Source: the human T2T-CHM13v2.0 reference genome, Homo sapiens. From it: a stretch of DNA of 64,000 nt. Of this stretch, positions 13,101 through 28,200 are shown piece after piece. The DNA is taken from positions 1,152,001 to 1,216,000 of the forward strand of contig CP068257.2 in the NCBI GenBank assembly GCA_009914755.4, in the 5' to 3' direction. The notes under the pieces were generated by a model. That model made no database searches and was not told the origin of the DNA. It saw nothing but the letters and a program-made list of their open reading frames with translations. Position numbers and translations under genes: made by a program. The number at the start of each line of letters is the position of its first letter. The first letter of the stretch is position 1.

Positions 13101-16100
13101 TGGAATGGAATGGAATGGAATGGAACGGAATGGAATGGAATGGAATCAACCCGAGTGGAATGGAATGGATTGGAATGGAAAGGAATGGAATTGAATGGAA
13201 TGCAATGGAATGGAATCAACCCGAATGGGATGGCATGGAATGGAAAGGAATGGAATGGAATGGAATGGAATGGAATGGAATCAAAACGAATGGAATGGAA
13301 CGGAATGGAATGGGATGGGATGGAATGGAATGGAATGGAAGTAAATCAACACTAATGGAATGGAACGGAATGGAATGGAATGGAATGGAATGAACCCGAA
13401 TAGAATGGAATGGATTCGAATGGAATGGAATTGAATCAACCCGAGCGGAAAGGAATGGAATGGAATGTAGTGGAATGGAATGTAATGGAATGGAATGGAA
13501 CGGAATGGAATCAACACGAGTGGAATGGAATGGAACGGAATGGAATCAACCCGAGTGGAATGAAATGGAACGTAATGCAATGGGATGGAGTGGAATCAAC
13601 CTGAGTGGAATGGAATGGAATGGCATGGAATGGAACGGAATGAAAGGGAATGAAATGGAATGGATCGGAATAGAATCCAATGGAATCACCTGGAATGGAA
13701 TGGAATGGAATGGAATGGAATGGACTCGAATGCAATGGAATGGAATAAATCCGGGTGGAGTGGAAAGGAATATAATGGAGTGGAATGTAATGGAATTTAG
13801 AGGAATGGAATGGAATGGAATGGAATGGAATGGAAAGTAATGGAATGAAATTGATTGGATAGGAATGGAATCCAATGGAATCAACTGGAATGGAATCAAT
13901 GGAATGGAATGGAATAAATCCGGGTGGAGTGGAATGGAATGTAATGGAGTGGAATGGAATGGAATTTAGTGGAATGGAATGGAATGGAATGGAATGGAAT
14001 GAAATGGAATGGAATCATCCCGAGTGGAATGGAATGGAATGGAATGGAAAGGAATGGAATGGAATGGAATGGAATGGAATGGAATGGAATCAACCCCAGT
14101 GGAATGGAACAGAATGGAATGGAAATGAATAGAATGGAATTGAATTGAATGGAATGGAATGGAATCAACCCGAATGGGATGGCATGGAATGGAATGGAAT
14201 GGAATGGAATGGATTGGAAAGGAATGGAATGTAGTCAACCCAAGTGCAATGGAATGGAATGGAATGCAATGGAATCCACACGAGTGGAATGGAATGGAAT
14301 AGAATGGAATGGAATGGAATGGAATGGAATGGAATGGAATAAATCCGGGTGGAGTGGAATGAAATGTAATGGAGTGGAATGGAATGGAATTTAGGGGAAT
14401 GGAACAGAATGGAATGGAATGGAATGGAATGGAATGGAATGGAATGGATTGGAATGAAATGGATTGGATCGGAATGGAATCCAATGGAATCAACTGGAAT
14501 GGAATGGAATGGAATGGAATGCAATAAATCCGGGTGGAGTGGAATGGAATGTAATGGAGTGGAATGGAATGGAATTTAGTGGAATAGAATGGAATGGAAT
14601 GGAAAGAAATGGATTGGATCGGAATGGAAGCCAATGGAATCAACTGGAATGGAATGGAATGGAATGGAATGGAATGGAATGGAATGGAATGGAATAAATC
14701 CGGGTGGAGTGGAATGGAAAGTAATGGAGTGGAATGTAATGGAATTTAGTGGAATGGAATTGAATGGAATGGAATGGAATGGAATGGAATCAAACCGAAT
14801 GGATTGGAACGGAATGGAATGGAATGGAATGGAATGGAATCAACACGAATGGGATGGCATGGAATGGAATTGAGTGAAATGGAATGGAATGGAATGGAAT
14901 GGAATGGAATGGAATGGAATGGAATGGAATCAACCCGAATGGGATGGAATGTAATGGAATGGAATGGAATGGTATGGAATGGAATGGAATCATCCCAAGT
15001 GCAATGGAATGGAATGGAATGCAATGGAGCCACCCGAGTGGAATGGAATGGAATGGAGTAGAATGGAACGGAATGGAGTGGAATGGAATAAACACCAGGG
15101 GAATGAAATGGATTGGAATGAAATGGAATGGAATGGAATGAAATCAACCTGAGTGGAATGGAACGGAATGGAATGGAATGGAAAGGAATGAATGGAAGGG
15201 AATGGTGTGGAATCAACACGAGAGGAATGGAATGGAATGGAATGGAACGGAACGGAATGGAAAGGAATGGAATGGAATGAACCCGAATGGAATGGAATGG
15301 ATTGGAATGGAATGGAATTGAATCACCCCGAGCGGAAAGGAATGGAATGGAATGGAGTGGAATGGAATGAAATGGAAAGGAACAGAATGGAATCAACACG
15401 AGTGGAATGGAATGGAACGGAATGGAAACAACCCGAGTGGAATGAAATGGAATATAATTCAAAGGGATGGACTGGAATCAACCCGAGTGGAATGGAATGG
15501 AATGGAATGGAATGAAATGGAATGGATCGGAATGGAATCCAATGGAATCAACTGGAATGGAATGGAATGGAATGGAATGGAATGGAATAAATCCGGGTGG
15601 AGTGGAATGGAATGCAATGGAGTGGAATGTAATGGAAATTAGTGGAATGGAATGGAATGGAATGGAATGGAATGGAAAGAAATGGATTGGATAGGAATGG
15701 AACCCAATGGAATCAACTGGAATTGAATGGAATGGAGTAAATCCGGGTGGAGTGGAATGGAATGTAATGCAATGGAATGGAATGGAATTTAGTGGAATGG
15801 AATGGAATGGAATGGAAAGGAATGGAATGGAATGGATTGGAATCAACCCGAGTGGAGTGGAACGGAATGCAATGGAAAGGAAAGGAATGGAATGGAATGG
15901 AATGGAATGGAATGGAATGGAATGGAATCAACCCGAATGGGATGGAATGTAATGGAATGGAATGGAATGGAATGGAATGGAATGGAATGGTATGCAATGG
16001 AATGGAATCATCCCAAGTGCAATGGAATGGAATGGAATGCAATGGAGCCACCCGAGTGGAATGGAATGGAATGGAATGGAATGGAATGGAATGGAATGGA

Positions 16101-18148
16101 CTGGAATGGAACGGAATGGAGTGGAATGGAATAAACACCAGGGGAATGAAATGGATTGGAATGAAATGGAATGGAATGGAATGGAATGGAATGAAATCAA
16201 CCCGAGTGGAATGGAAGGGAATGGAATAGAATGGAAAGGAATGAATGGAAGGGAATGGTGTGGAATCAACACGAGAGGAATGGAATGGAATGGAATGGAA
16301 CAGAAAGGAATGGAAAGGAATGGAATGCAATGAACCCGAATGGAATGGAATGGATTGGAATGGAATGGAATTGAATCACCCCGAGCGGAAAGGAATGGAA
16401 TGGCATGGAGTGGAATGGAATGGAATGGAATGTAATGGAATGGAATGGAATGGAATGGAATCAACACGAATGGAATGGACCGGAATGGAATGCGATGGGA
16501 TGGAATGGAATGGAATGGAAGTTAATCAACACGAATGGAATGGAACGGAATGGAATGGAATGGAATGGAATGGAATGAACCCGAATGGAATGGAATGGAT
16601 TGGAATGGAATGGAATGGAATCAACCCGAGCGGAAAGGAATGGAATGGAATGGAGTGGAATGGAATGAAATGGAATGGAATGGAATGGAATGTAAACAAC
16701 ACGAATGGAATGGAATGGAATGGAATGGAATGGAATGGAATGGAATGGGATGGAATGGAATGGAATGCAAGTTAATCAACATGAATGGAATGGAACGGAA
16801 TGGAATGGAATGGAATGGAATGGAAAGGAATGAATGGATGGGAATGGTGTGGAATCAACACGAGAGTAATGGAATCGAATGGAATGGAACGGAACGGAAT
16901 GGAAAGGAATGGAAAGGAATGAACCCGAATGGAATGGAATGGATTGGAATGGAATGGAATTGAATCAACCCGAGCGGAAAGGAATGGAATGGAATGGAGT
17001 GGAATGGAATGGAATGGAATGGAATGGAATGGAATCAACACGAATGGAAAGGAACGGAATGGAATGGGATGGGATAGAATGGAATGGAATGGAAGTTAAT
17101 CAACACGAATGGAATGGAACGGAATGGAATGAAATGGAATGGAATGAAATGGAAAGGAACAGAATGGAATCAACACGAGTGGAATGGAATGGAACGGAAT
17201 GGAATCAACCCGAGTGGAATGAAATGGAATGTAATTCAAAGGGATGGAGTGGAATCAACCCGAGTGGAATGGAATGGAATGGAATGGAATGAAATGGAAT
17301 GGATCGGAATGGAATCCAATGGAATCAACTGGAATGGAATGGAATGGAATGGAATGGAATGGGATAAATCCGGGTGGAGTGGAATGGAATGCAATGGAGT
17401 GGAATGTAATGGAATTTAGTGGAATGGAATGGAATGGAATGGAATGGAATGGAATGGAATGGAATGGAATGAAATGGATTGGATAGGAATGGAACCCAAT
17501 GGAATCAACTGGAATTGAATGGAATGGAATAAATCCGGGTGGAGTGGAATGGAATGTAATGGAGTGGAGTGGAATGGAATTTAGTGGAATGGAATGGAAT
17601 GGAATGGAATGGAATGGAATCAACCCGAGTGGAATGGAACGGAATGCAATGGAAAGGAATGGAATGGGATGGAATGGAATGTAATCAACCCGAATGGGAT
17701 GGCATGTAACGGAATGGAATGGAATGGAATGGAATGGTATGGAATGGAATGGAATCATCCCAAGTGCAATGGAATGGAAAGGAATGCAATGGAGCCACCC
17801 GAGTGGAATGGAATGGAATGGAGTGGAATGGAATGGAGTGGAATGTAACGGAATGGATTGGAATGGAATAAACACCAGGGGAATGAAATGGATTGGAATG
17901 AAATGGAATGGAATGGAATGGAATGGAATGAAATCAACCCGAGTGGAATGGAACGGAATGGAATGGAATGGAAAGGAATGAATGGAAGGGAATGGTGTGG
18001 AATCAACACGAGAGTAATGGAATGGAATGGAATGGAACGGAACGGAATGGAAAGGAATGGAAAGGAATGAACCCGAATGGAATGCAATGGATTGGAATGG
18101 AATGGAATTGAATCAACCGGAGCGGAAAGGAATGGAATGGAATGGAGT

Positions 18149-18188
18149 GTAATGTAATGTAATGTAATGTAATGTAATGTAATGTAAT
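18149..18188 (+). repeat. (GTAAT)8 nested microsatellite, a single-base variant of the GGAAT pentamer expanded by slippage
   Basis: gtgtaatgtaatgtaatgtaatgtaatgtaatgtaatgg read directly. Shorter tracts sit at 226-250 (5 copies), 19274-19303 (6 copies) and 9497-9520 (4 copies), with many 2-3-copy tracts elsewhere. Confidence 0.85.
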
Positions 18189-21100
18189 GGAATCAACACG
18201 AATGGAATGGAACGGAATGGAATGGGATGGGATGGAATGGAATGGAATGGAAGTTAATCAACACGAATGGAATGGAACGGAATGGAATGGAACGGAATGG
18301 AATGGAATGAACCCGAATGGAATGGAATGGATTGGAATGGAATGGAATGGAATCAACCCGAGCGGAAAGGAATGGAATGAAATGGAGTGGAATGGAATGG
18401 AATGGAATGGAATGGAATGGAAACAACACGAATGGAATGGAACGGAATGGAATGGGATGGGATGGAATGGAATGGAATGCAAGTAAATCAACACGAATGG
18501 AATGGAACAGAATGGAATGGAATGGAATGAAATGCAAAGGAAAGGAATGGAATCCACACGAGTGGAATGGAATGGAACGGAATGGAAACAAACCAGAGTG
18601 GAATGAAATGGAATGTAATGCAATGGGATGGAGTGGAATCAACCCGAGTGGAATAGAATGGAGTGGAACGGAATGAAATGAAATGGATCGGATTGGAATC
18701 CAGTGGAGTCAACTGGAATGGAATGGAATGGAATGTAATCGAATGGAATGGAATGGAGTGGAATGGAATGGAATAAATCCGGGTTGAGTGGAATGGAATG
18801 AAATGGAGTGGAATGTAATGGAATTTAGTGGAATGGAATGGAATGGAATGGAATGGAATGGAATGGAATGGAATCAACCCGAGTGGAATGCAACGGAATG
18901 CAACGGAAAGGAATGGAATGGAATGGAATGGAATGGAATGGAATGGAATGGAATGGATTGGAATGGAACGGAATGCAGTGGAATGGAATAAACACCAGGG
19001 GAATGAAATGGATTGGAATGAAATGGAATGGAATGGAATGGAATGGAATGAAATCAACCCGAGTGGAATGGAACGGAATGGAATGGAATGGAAAGGAATG
19101 AATGGAAGGGAATGGTGTGGAATCAACACGAGAGTAATGGAATGGAAAGGAATGGAACTGAACGGAATGGAAAGGAATGGAAAGGAATGAACCCGAATGG
19201 AATGCAATGGATTGGAATGGAATGGAATTGAATCAACCCGAGCGGAAAGGAATGGAATGGAATGGAGTGGAATGTAATGTAATGTAATGTAATGTAATGT
19301 AATGGAATGGAATGGAATGGAATGGAATCAACACGAATGGAATGGAACGGAATGGAATGGGATGGGATGGAATGGAATGGAATGGAATGGAAGTTAATCA
19401 ACACGAATGGAATGGAACGGAATGGAATGAAATGGAATGGAATGGAATGAACCCGAATGGAATGGAATGGATTGGAATGGAATGGAATGGAATCAACCCG
19501 AGCGGAAAGGAATGGAATGGAATGGAGTGGAACGGAATGGAATGGAATGGAATGCAAGTTAATCAACACGAATGGAATGGAACGGAATGGAATAGAATGG
19601 AATGTAATGGAATGAAATGGAAAGGAACGGAATGGAATCAACACGAGTGGAATGGAATGGAACGGAATGGAATCAACAAGAGTGGAATGAAATGGAATGT
19701 AATGCAATGGGATGGAGTGGAATCAACACGAGTGGAATAGAATGGAATGGAACGGAATGAAATGGAATGGATCGGATTGGAATCCAGTGGAGTCAACTGG
19801 AATGGAATGGAATGGAATGGAATGGAATGGAATGGAAAGGAATGGAATGGAATAAATCCGGGTGGAGTGGAATGGAAAGTAATGGAGTGGAATGGAATGG
19901 AATTTAGTGGAATGGAATGGAATGGAATGGAATGGAGTCAACACGAGTGGATTGGAACAGAATGGAATGGAAAGGAATGGAATGGAATGGAATGGAATCA
20001 ACCTGAATGGGATGGCATGGAATGGAATTGAATGGAATTGAATGGAATGGAATGGAATGGAATGGAATCAACCCAAGTGCAATGGAATGGAATAGAATGC
20101 AATGGAATCCACTCGAGTGGAATGGAATGGAATGGAATGGAGTCGAATGGAACGGAATGTAGTGGAATGGAGTAAACACCAGGGGAATGAAATGGATTGG
20201 AATGAAATGATATGGAATGGAATGGAATGGAATGAAATCAACCCGAATGGAATGGAACGGAATGGAATGGAATGGAATGGAAAGGAATGAATGGAACGGA
20301 ATGGTGTGGAATCAACACGAGAGGAATGGAATTGAATGGAATGGAATGGAACGGAATGGAAAGGAATGGAAAGGAATGAACCCGAATGGAATGGAATGGA
20401 ATGGAATGGAATGGAATGGAATGGAATGGAATGGAATGGAATGGAATCAACCCGAGCGGAAAGGAATGGATTGGAATGGAGTGGAATGGAATCTAATGTA
20501 ATGTAATGGAATGGAATGGAATCAACACAAATGGAATGGAACGGAATGGAATGGGATGGGATGGAATGGAATGGAATGGAATTTAATCAACACGAATGGA
20601 ATGGAACGGAATGAAATGGAACGGAATGGAATGGAAAGGAATGGCATGGAATGGAATGGAATGAAATGGAAACAAGCGGCATGGAATCAACACGACTGGA
20701 ATGGAATGGAATGTAATGCAATGGGATTGAGTGGAATCAACCAGTGTGGAATGGAATGGAATGGAATGGAATGGAATGGAATGAAATGGAATGGATCGGA
20801 ATGTAATCCAATGGAATCAACTGGAATGTAATCTAATGGAATGGAATCGAATGGAATGAAATGGAATGTATCGGAATGTAATCCAATGGAATCAACTGTA
20901 ATGTAATGTAATGTAATGGAATGGAATGGAATAAACCCGGGTGGAGTGGAATGGAATGTAATGGAGTGGAATGTAATGGAAGTTATTGGAATGGAATGGA
21001 ATGGAATGGAATAGACTGGATCAGAATGGAATCCAATGGAATCAACTGGAATGGAATGGAACGGAATGGAATGGAATAAATCCGGGTGGAGTAGAATGGA

Positions 21101-23530
21101 ATGTAATGGAGTGGAATGGAATGGAATTTAGTGGAATGGAATGGAATGGAATGGAATGGAATGGAATGGAATAAATCCGGGTGGAGTGGAATGGAATGTA
21201 ATGGAATGGAAAGGAATGGAATTTAGTGGAATGGAATGGAATGGAATTTAATGGAATGGAATGGAATCAATCCGAGGGCATGGAACGGAATGGAATGGAA
21301 AGGAATGTAACGTAATGGAATGGAATGGAATGGAATGGAATGGAATGGAATCAACCCGAATGGGATGGCATGGAATGGAATTGAATGGAATAGAATGGAA
21401 TGGAATGGAACGGAATGGAGTCAACCCAAGTGCAATGGAATGGAATGGAGTGCAATGGAAAAGAATGGAATGCAATGGAATCCACCCGAGTGGAATGGAA
21501 TGGAATGGAATGGAATGGAATGGAATGGAATGGAATGGAATGGAAAGGAATGGAGTGGAATGGAACGGAATGGAATATAATGGAATCAACACGAATGGAA
21601 TGGAACGGAATGGAATGGAATGGAATGGAATGGAATGGAATGGAATGAACCCGAATGGAATGTAATGGAATGGAATGGAATAGAATGGAATCAACGTGAG
21701 CGGAAAGGAATGGAATGGAATTGAGTGGAATGGAATGGAATGGAATGGAATGGAATGGAATCAACACGAATGGAATGGAACGGAATGGAATGGGATGGGA
21801 TGGAATGGAATGGAATGGAAGTTAATCAACACGAATGGAATGGAACGGAATGGAATGGAATGGAATGGAATGGAATGAAATGGAAAGGAAAAGAATGGAA
21901 TCAACACGAGTGGAATGGAATGGAACGGAATGTAATCAACCCGAGTGGAATGAAATGGAATGTAATTCAAAGGGATGGAGTGGAATCAACCCGAGTGGAA
22001 TGGAATGGAATGGAATGGAATGGAATGGAATGGAATCAAACCAAGTGCAATGGAATGGAATGGAATGCAATGGAATCCACCCGAGTGGAATGGAATGGAA
22101 TGGAACGGAATGGAATGGATTGGAATGGAATGGAATGGAATGGAATGGAATGGAATGAAATAAACCCGAGTGGAATGCAACGGAATGGAATGGAATGGAA
22201 AGTAATGAATGTAATGGAATGAGGTGGAATCAACATCAGAGGAATGGAATGGAACGGAATGGAACAGAATGGAATGGAAAGGAATGGAATGGAATGAACC
22301 CGAATGGAATGGAATGGAATGGAATGGAATAGAATGGAATCAACCCGAGCGGAAAGGAATGTAATGGAATGGAGTGGAATGTAATGTAATGTAAAGGAAT
22401 GGAATGAAATAGAATCAACACGAATGGAATGGAACGCAATGGAATGGGATGGGATGGAATGGAATGGAATGGAAGTTAATCAACACGAACGGAATGGAAC
22501 GGAATGGAATGGAATGGAGTGGAAAGGAACGGAATGGAGTGGAATGCAATAAACACCAGGGGAATGAAATGGATTAGAATGAAATGGAATGGAATGGAAT
22601 GGAATCAACCCGAATGGGATGGCATGGAACGGAATTGAATGGAACGGAATGGAATGGACTGTAATGGAAAGGAATGGAATGGAATCAAACCAAGTGCAAT
22701 GGAATGGAATGGAATGCAATGGAATCCACCCGAGTGGAATGGAATGGAATGGAATGGAATGGAATGGAATGGAATGGAATGGAATGGAAGGGAGTGGAAT
22801 GGAACGGAATGGAGTGGAATGCAATAAACACCAGGGGAATGAAATGGATAGGAAAGAAATGGAATTGGAATGGAATGGAATGGAATGAAATCAACCCGAG
22901 TGAAATGCAAAGGAATGGAATGGAATGGAAAGGAATGAATGTAATGGAATGAGGTGGAATCAACACGAGAGGAATGGAATGGAATGGAATGGAAAGGAAC
23001 GGAATGGAAAGGAATGGAATGGAATGATCCCGAATGGAATGGAATGGATTGGAATGGAATGGAATGGAATCAACCCGAGCGGAAAGGAATGGAAAGGAAT
23101 GGAATGGAATGGAATGGAATGGAATGGAATGGATTGGAATTGAATGGAATGGAATCAACCCGAGCGGAAAGGAATGGAATGGAATGGAACGGAATGAAAA
23201 GGATTGGAGCGGAATGGAATCCAATGGAATAAACTGGAATGGAATGGAATAGAATGGAATGAAACAAATCCGGGTGGAGTGGAATGGAATGTAATGGAGT
23301 GGAATGTAACGGAATTTAGTGGAATGGAATGGAATGGAATGGAATGGAATGGAATGAAATGGATTTGATCGGAATGCAATCCAATGGAATCAACTGGAAA
23401 GGAATGGAATGGAATGGAATGGAATAAATACGGGTGGAGTGGAATGGAATGTAATGGAGTGGAATGGAATGGAATTTAGTGGAATGGAATGGAATGGAAT
23501 GGAATGGAATGGAATGGAACGAAATGGATT

Positions 23531-26500
23531 GGATCGGAATATAATCCAATGGAATAAACTGGAATGGAATGGAATGGAATGGAATGGAATGAAATGCAGT
23601 GGATTGGAATGGAATCAAATGGAATCAACTGGAATGGAATGGAATGGAATGGAATGGAATAAATCCGGGTGGAGTGGAATGGAATGTAATGCAGTGGAAT
23701 GTAACGGAATTTAGTGGAATGGAATGGAAAGGAATGGAATGGAATGGAATGGAATGGAATGGAATGAAATGGATTCGATCGGAATGGAATCCAATGGAAT
23801 CAACTGGAATGGAATGGAATGCAATGGAATGGAATGGAATAAATCCGGGTGGAGTGGAATGGAATGTAACGGAGTGGAATGGAATGGAATTTAGTGGAAT
23901 GGAATGGAATGGAATGGATTGGAATGGAATTAACCCGAGTGGAATGGAACGGAATGGAATGGAAAGGAATGGAATGGAATGGAATGGAATGGAATGGAAT
24001 GGAATGGAATCAACCTGAATGGGATGGCATGGAATGGTATTGAATGCAATGGAATGGAATGGAATGGAATGGAATGGAATCAAACCAATTGCAATGGAAT
24101 GGAATGGAATGCAATGGAATCCACTCGATTGGAATGGAATGGAATGGAATGGAATGGAATGGAATGGAATGGAATGGAGTGGAATGGAATAAACACCAGA
24201 GGAATGAAATGGATTGGAATGAAATGGAATGGAATGGAATGGAATGAAATCAACCCGAGTGGAATGGAACGGAATGGAATGGAATGGAAAGGAATGAATG
24301 GAATGGAATTGTGGGGAATCAACACGAGAGTAATGGAATGGAATGGAACAGAATGGAAAGAATGGAATGGAATGAACCCGAATGGAATGGAATGGATTGG
24401 AATGGAATGGAATGGAATCAACCTGAGAGGAAAGGAATGGAATGGAATGGAGAGGAATGGAATGTAATGGAATGAAATGGAAAGGAATGGAATCAACACG
24501 AATGGAATGGAACGGAATGGAATGGGATGGGATGGAATGGAATGGAATGGAAGTTAATCAACACGAATGGAATGGAATGGAATGGAATGGAATGGAATGG
24601 AATGAAATGGAAAGGAACAGAATGGAATCAACACGAGTGGAATGGAATGGAACGGAATGGAATCAACCCGAGTGGAATGAAATGGAATGTAATGCAATGG
24701 GATGGAGTGGAATCAACCCGAGTGGAATGGAATCGAATGGAATGGAATGGAACGGAATGGAAAGAAATGGAATGTATCGGAATGGAATCCAATGGAATCA
24801 ACTGGAATGGAATGGAATGGAATGGAATGGAATGGAATGGAATGGAATAAATCCGGGTGGAGTGGAATGGAATGTAATGGAGTGCAATATTACGGAATTT
24901 AGTGGAATGGAATGGAATGGAATGGAATGGAATGGAATCGAATGGAATGAAATGGAATGGATCGGAATGGAATCCAAAGGAAACAACTGGAGTGGAATGG
25001 AATGGAATGGAATGGAATGGAATGGAATAAAACCGGGTGGAGTGGAATGGAATGTAATGGAGTGGAATGGAATGGAATTTAGTTTAATGGAATGGAATGG
25101 AATGGAATGGAATGGAATGGAATGGAATGAAATGGAATGGAATCAACCCGAATGGAATGGAACGGAATGGAATGGAAAGGAATGGAATGGAATGGAATGG
25201 AATGGAATAGAATGGAATGGAATGGAATTGAATGGAATGGAATGGAATCAACCAAATTGCAATGGAATGCAATGGAATGCAACGGAATCCACCCGAGTTG
25301 AATGGAATGGAATGGAATGGAATATAATGGAATGGAATGGAAAGGAATGGAATGGAACGGAATGGAATGGAATGGAGTGGAATGGAACTGAATGGAGTGG
25401 AATGGAATAAACACCAAGAGAATGAAATGGATTGGAATGAAATGGAATGGAATGGAATGGAATGGAATGAATTCAACCCGAGTGGAATGGAACGGAATGG
25501 AATGGAATGGAAACGAATGAATGGAAGGGAATGGTGTGGAATCAACACGAGAGGAATGGAATGGAATGGAATGGAAAGGAACGGAATGGAAAGGAATGGA
25601 ATGGAATGAACCCGAATGGAATGGAATGGATTGGAATGGAATGGAATGGAATCAACCCGAGCATAAAGGAATGGAACGGAAAGGAGTGGAATGGAATGGA
25701 TTGGAATGGAATGGAATCAACACGAATGGAATGGAGCGGAATGGACTGGGATGGGATGGAATCGAATGGAAAGGAATGGAATCAACACGAATGGAATGGA
25801 GCGGAATGGAATGGGATGGGATGGAATCGAATGGAATGGAATGGAATGGAATGGAATGGAATCAACATGAATGGAATGGAACGTAATGGAATGGAATGGA
25901 ATGGAAAGGAATGGAATGGAATGAACCCGAAGAGAATGGAATGGATTGGAATGGAATGGAATGGAATCAACCCGAGCGGAAAGGAATAGAATGGAATGGA
26001 GTGGAATGTAATGTAATGTAATGGAATGGAATGGAATGGAATGGAATCAACACGAATGGAATGGAACGGCATGGAATGGGATGGGATAGAATGGAATGGA
26101 ATGGAAGTTAATCAACACGAATGGAATGCAACAGAATGGAATGGAATGGAATGGAATGGAATGAACACGAATGGAATGGAATGGATTGGAATGGAATGGA
26201 ATGGAATCAACCCTAGTGGAAAGGAATGGAATGGAATGGAGTGGAATGTAATGTAATGTAATGGAATGGAATGGAATGGAATCAACACGAATGGAATGGA
26301 GCGGAATGGAATGGGATGGGATGGAATGGAATGGAATGGAATGGAATGGAATGGAATGGAATGGAATGGAATCAACATGAACGGAATGGAACGTAATGGA
26401 TTGGAACGGAACGGAATGGAATGGAATGGAATGGAATGGAATGGAATGAAATGGAAAGGAACGGAATGGAATCAACACGAGTGGAAAGGAATGGATAGGA

Positions 26501-28200
26501 ATGGAATCAACCCGAGTGGAATGAAATGGAATGTAATGCAATGGGATGGAGTGGAATCAACCCGAGTGGAATGTAATGGAATGGAATGGAATGGAACGAA
26601 ATGGAATGGATCGGAATGTAATCCAATGGAATCAACTGGAATGGAATGGAATGGAATGGAATGGAATGGAATGGAATAAATCCCGGTGGAGTGGAATGGG
26701 ATGTAAAGGAGTGGAATGTAATGGAATTTAGTGGAATGGAATGGAATGGAATGGAATGGAATGAAATGGATTGGATCGGATTGGAATCCAATGGAATCAA
26801 CTAGAATGGAATGGAATGGAATGGAATAAATCCGGGTGGAGTGGAATGGAATGGATTTTACTGGAATGGAATGGAATGGAATGGAATGGAATGGAATCAA
26901 CCCGAAAGGAATGGAACGGAAAGGAATGGAAAGGAATGGAATGGAATGGAATGGAATGGAAAGGAATGGAATGGAATGGAATGGAATCAACCCGAATGGG
27001 ATGGCATGGAATGGAACTGAATGGAATAGAATGGAATGGAATGGAATGGAATGGAATCAACCCAAGTGCAATGGAATGGAATGGAATGCAATGGAATCCA
27101 CCCGAGTGGAATGGAATGGAATGGAATGGAATGGAATGGAGTGGAATGGAACGGAATAGAATGGAATGCAAGAAACACCAGGGGAATAAAATGGATTGGA
27201 ATGAAATGGAATGGAATGGAATGGAATAGAATGAAATCCACCCAAGTGGAATGGAACGGAATGGAATGGAATTGAAAGGAATGAATGGTATGGAATGGTG
27301 TGGAATCAACACGAGAGGAATGGAATGGAATGGAATGCAACGGAACGGAATGGAAAGGAATGGAATGGAATGAACCCGAATGGAATGGAATGGATTGGAA
27401 TGGAATGGAATGGAATCAACCCGAGCGGAAAGGAATGGAATGGAATGGAGTGGAATGTAATGTAATTGAATGGAATGGAATGGAATGGAATGGAATCAAC
27501 ACAAATGGAATGGAACGGGATGGAATGGGATGGGATGGAATGATATGGAATGGAAGTTAATCAACACGAATGGAATGGAACGGAATGGAATGGAATGGAA
27601 AGGAATGGAATGGAATGGAATGGAATGGAACGGAATGGAATGGAATGAAATGGAATGGATCGGAATGGAATCCAATGGAATCAACTGGAATGGAATGGAA
27701 TGGAATGGAATGCAATTGAATGGAATAAATCTGGGTGCAGTGGAATGGAATGGAACGGAGTGGAATGTAATGGAATTTAGTGGAATGGAATGGAATGGAA
27801 TGGAATGGAATGGAATGGAATGAAATGGATTGGATCGGAAAGGAATCCAATGGAATCAACTGGAATGGAATGGCATGGAATGGAATGGAATGGAATGGAA
27901 TGGAATAAATCCGGGTGGAGTGGAATGGAATGTAATGGAGTGGAATGGAATGGAATTTAGTGGAATGGAATGGAATGGAAAGGAATGGAATGGAATGGAA
28001 TGGAATGGAATGGAATCAACCCGAATGGGATGGCATGGAATGGAATTGAATGGAATGGAATGGAATGGAATGGAATGGAATGGACTCAACCCAAGTGCAA
28101 TGGAATGGAATGGAATGCAATGGAATCCACCCGAGTGGAATGGAATGGAATGGAATGGAATGGAATGGAATGGAATGGAATGGAATCGAATGGAATAGAA
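23531..28200 (+). repeat. Block C, a third collinear copy of the A block (offset about 23.5-24.0 kb from A)
   Basis: ggaatataatccaatgg marks the block heads at 33, 7043 and 23545. The NKQQRNEMDWNEMEW-type segment lies at about 410, 7440 and 24190. The long ORF 24442..25410 parallels 668..1006 and 7683..8066. ORFs 26771..27229, 27285..27560 and 27470..27823 parallel 2772..3299, 3405..3590 and 3595..3783. Confidence 0.7.

Noticed and set aside
24442-25410. Long ORFs (this one is 322 aa; also 2558..3544 at 328 aa on the - strand, 33754..34704 and 40408..41358 at 316 aa on the - strand) that could be taken for genes
   Set aside because: They are MEWNG- or IPFHS-type pentapeptide polymers produced by the stop-free GGAAT/ATTCC repeat in all frames. 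They overlap equally long ORFs in other frames and on the opposite strand. They have no independent start context and no non-repeat composition. The two 316-aa copies are identical only because they lie in the 6.65-kb DNA duplication.
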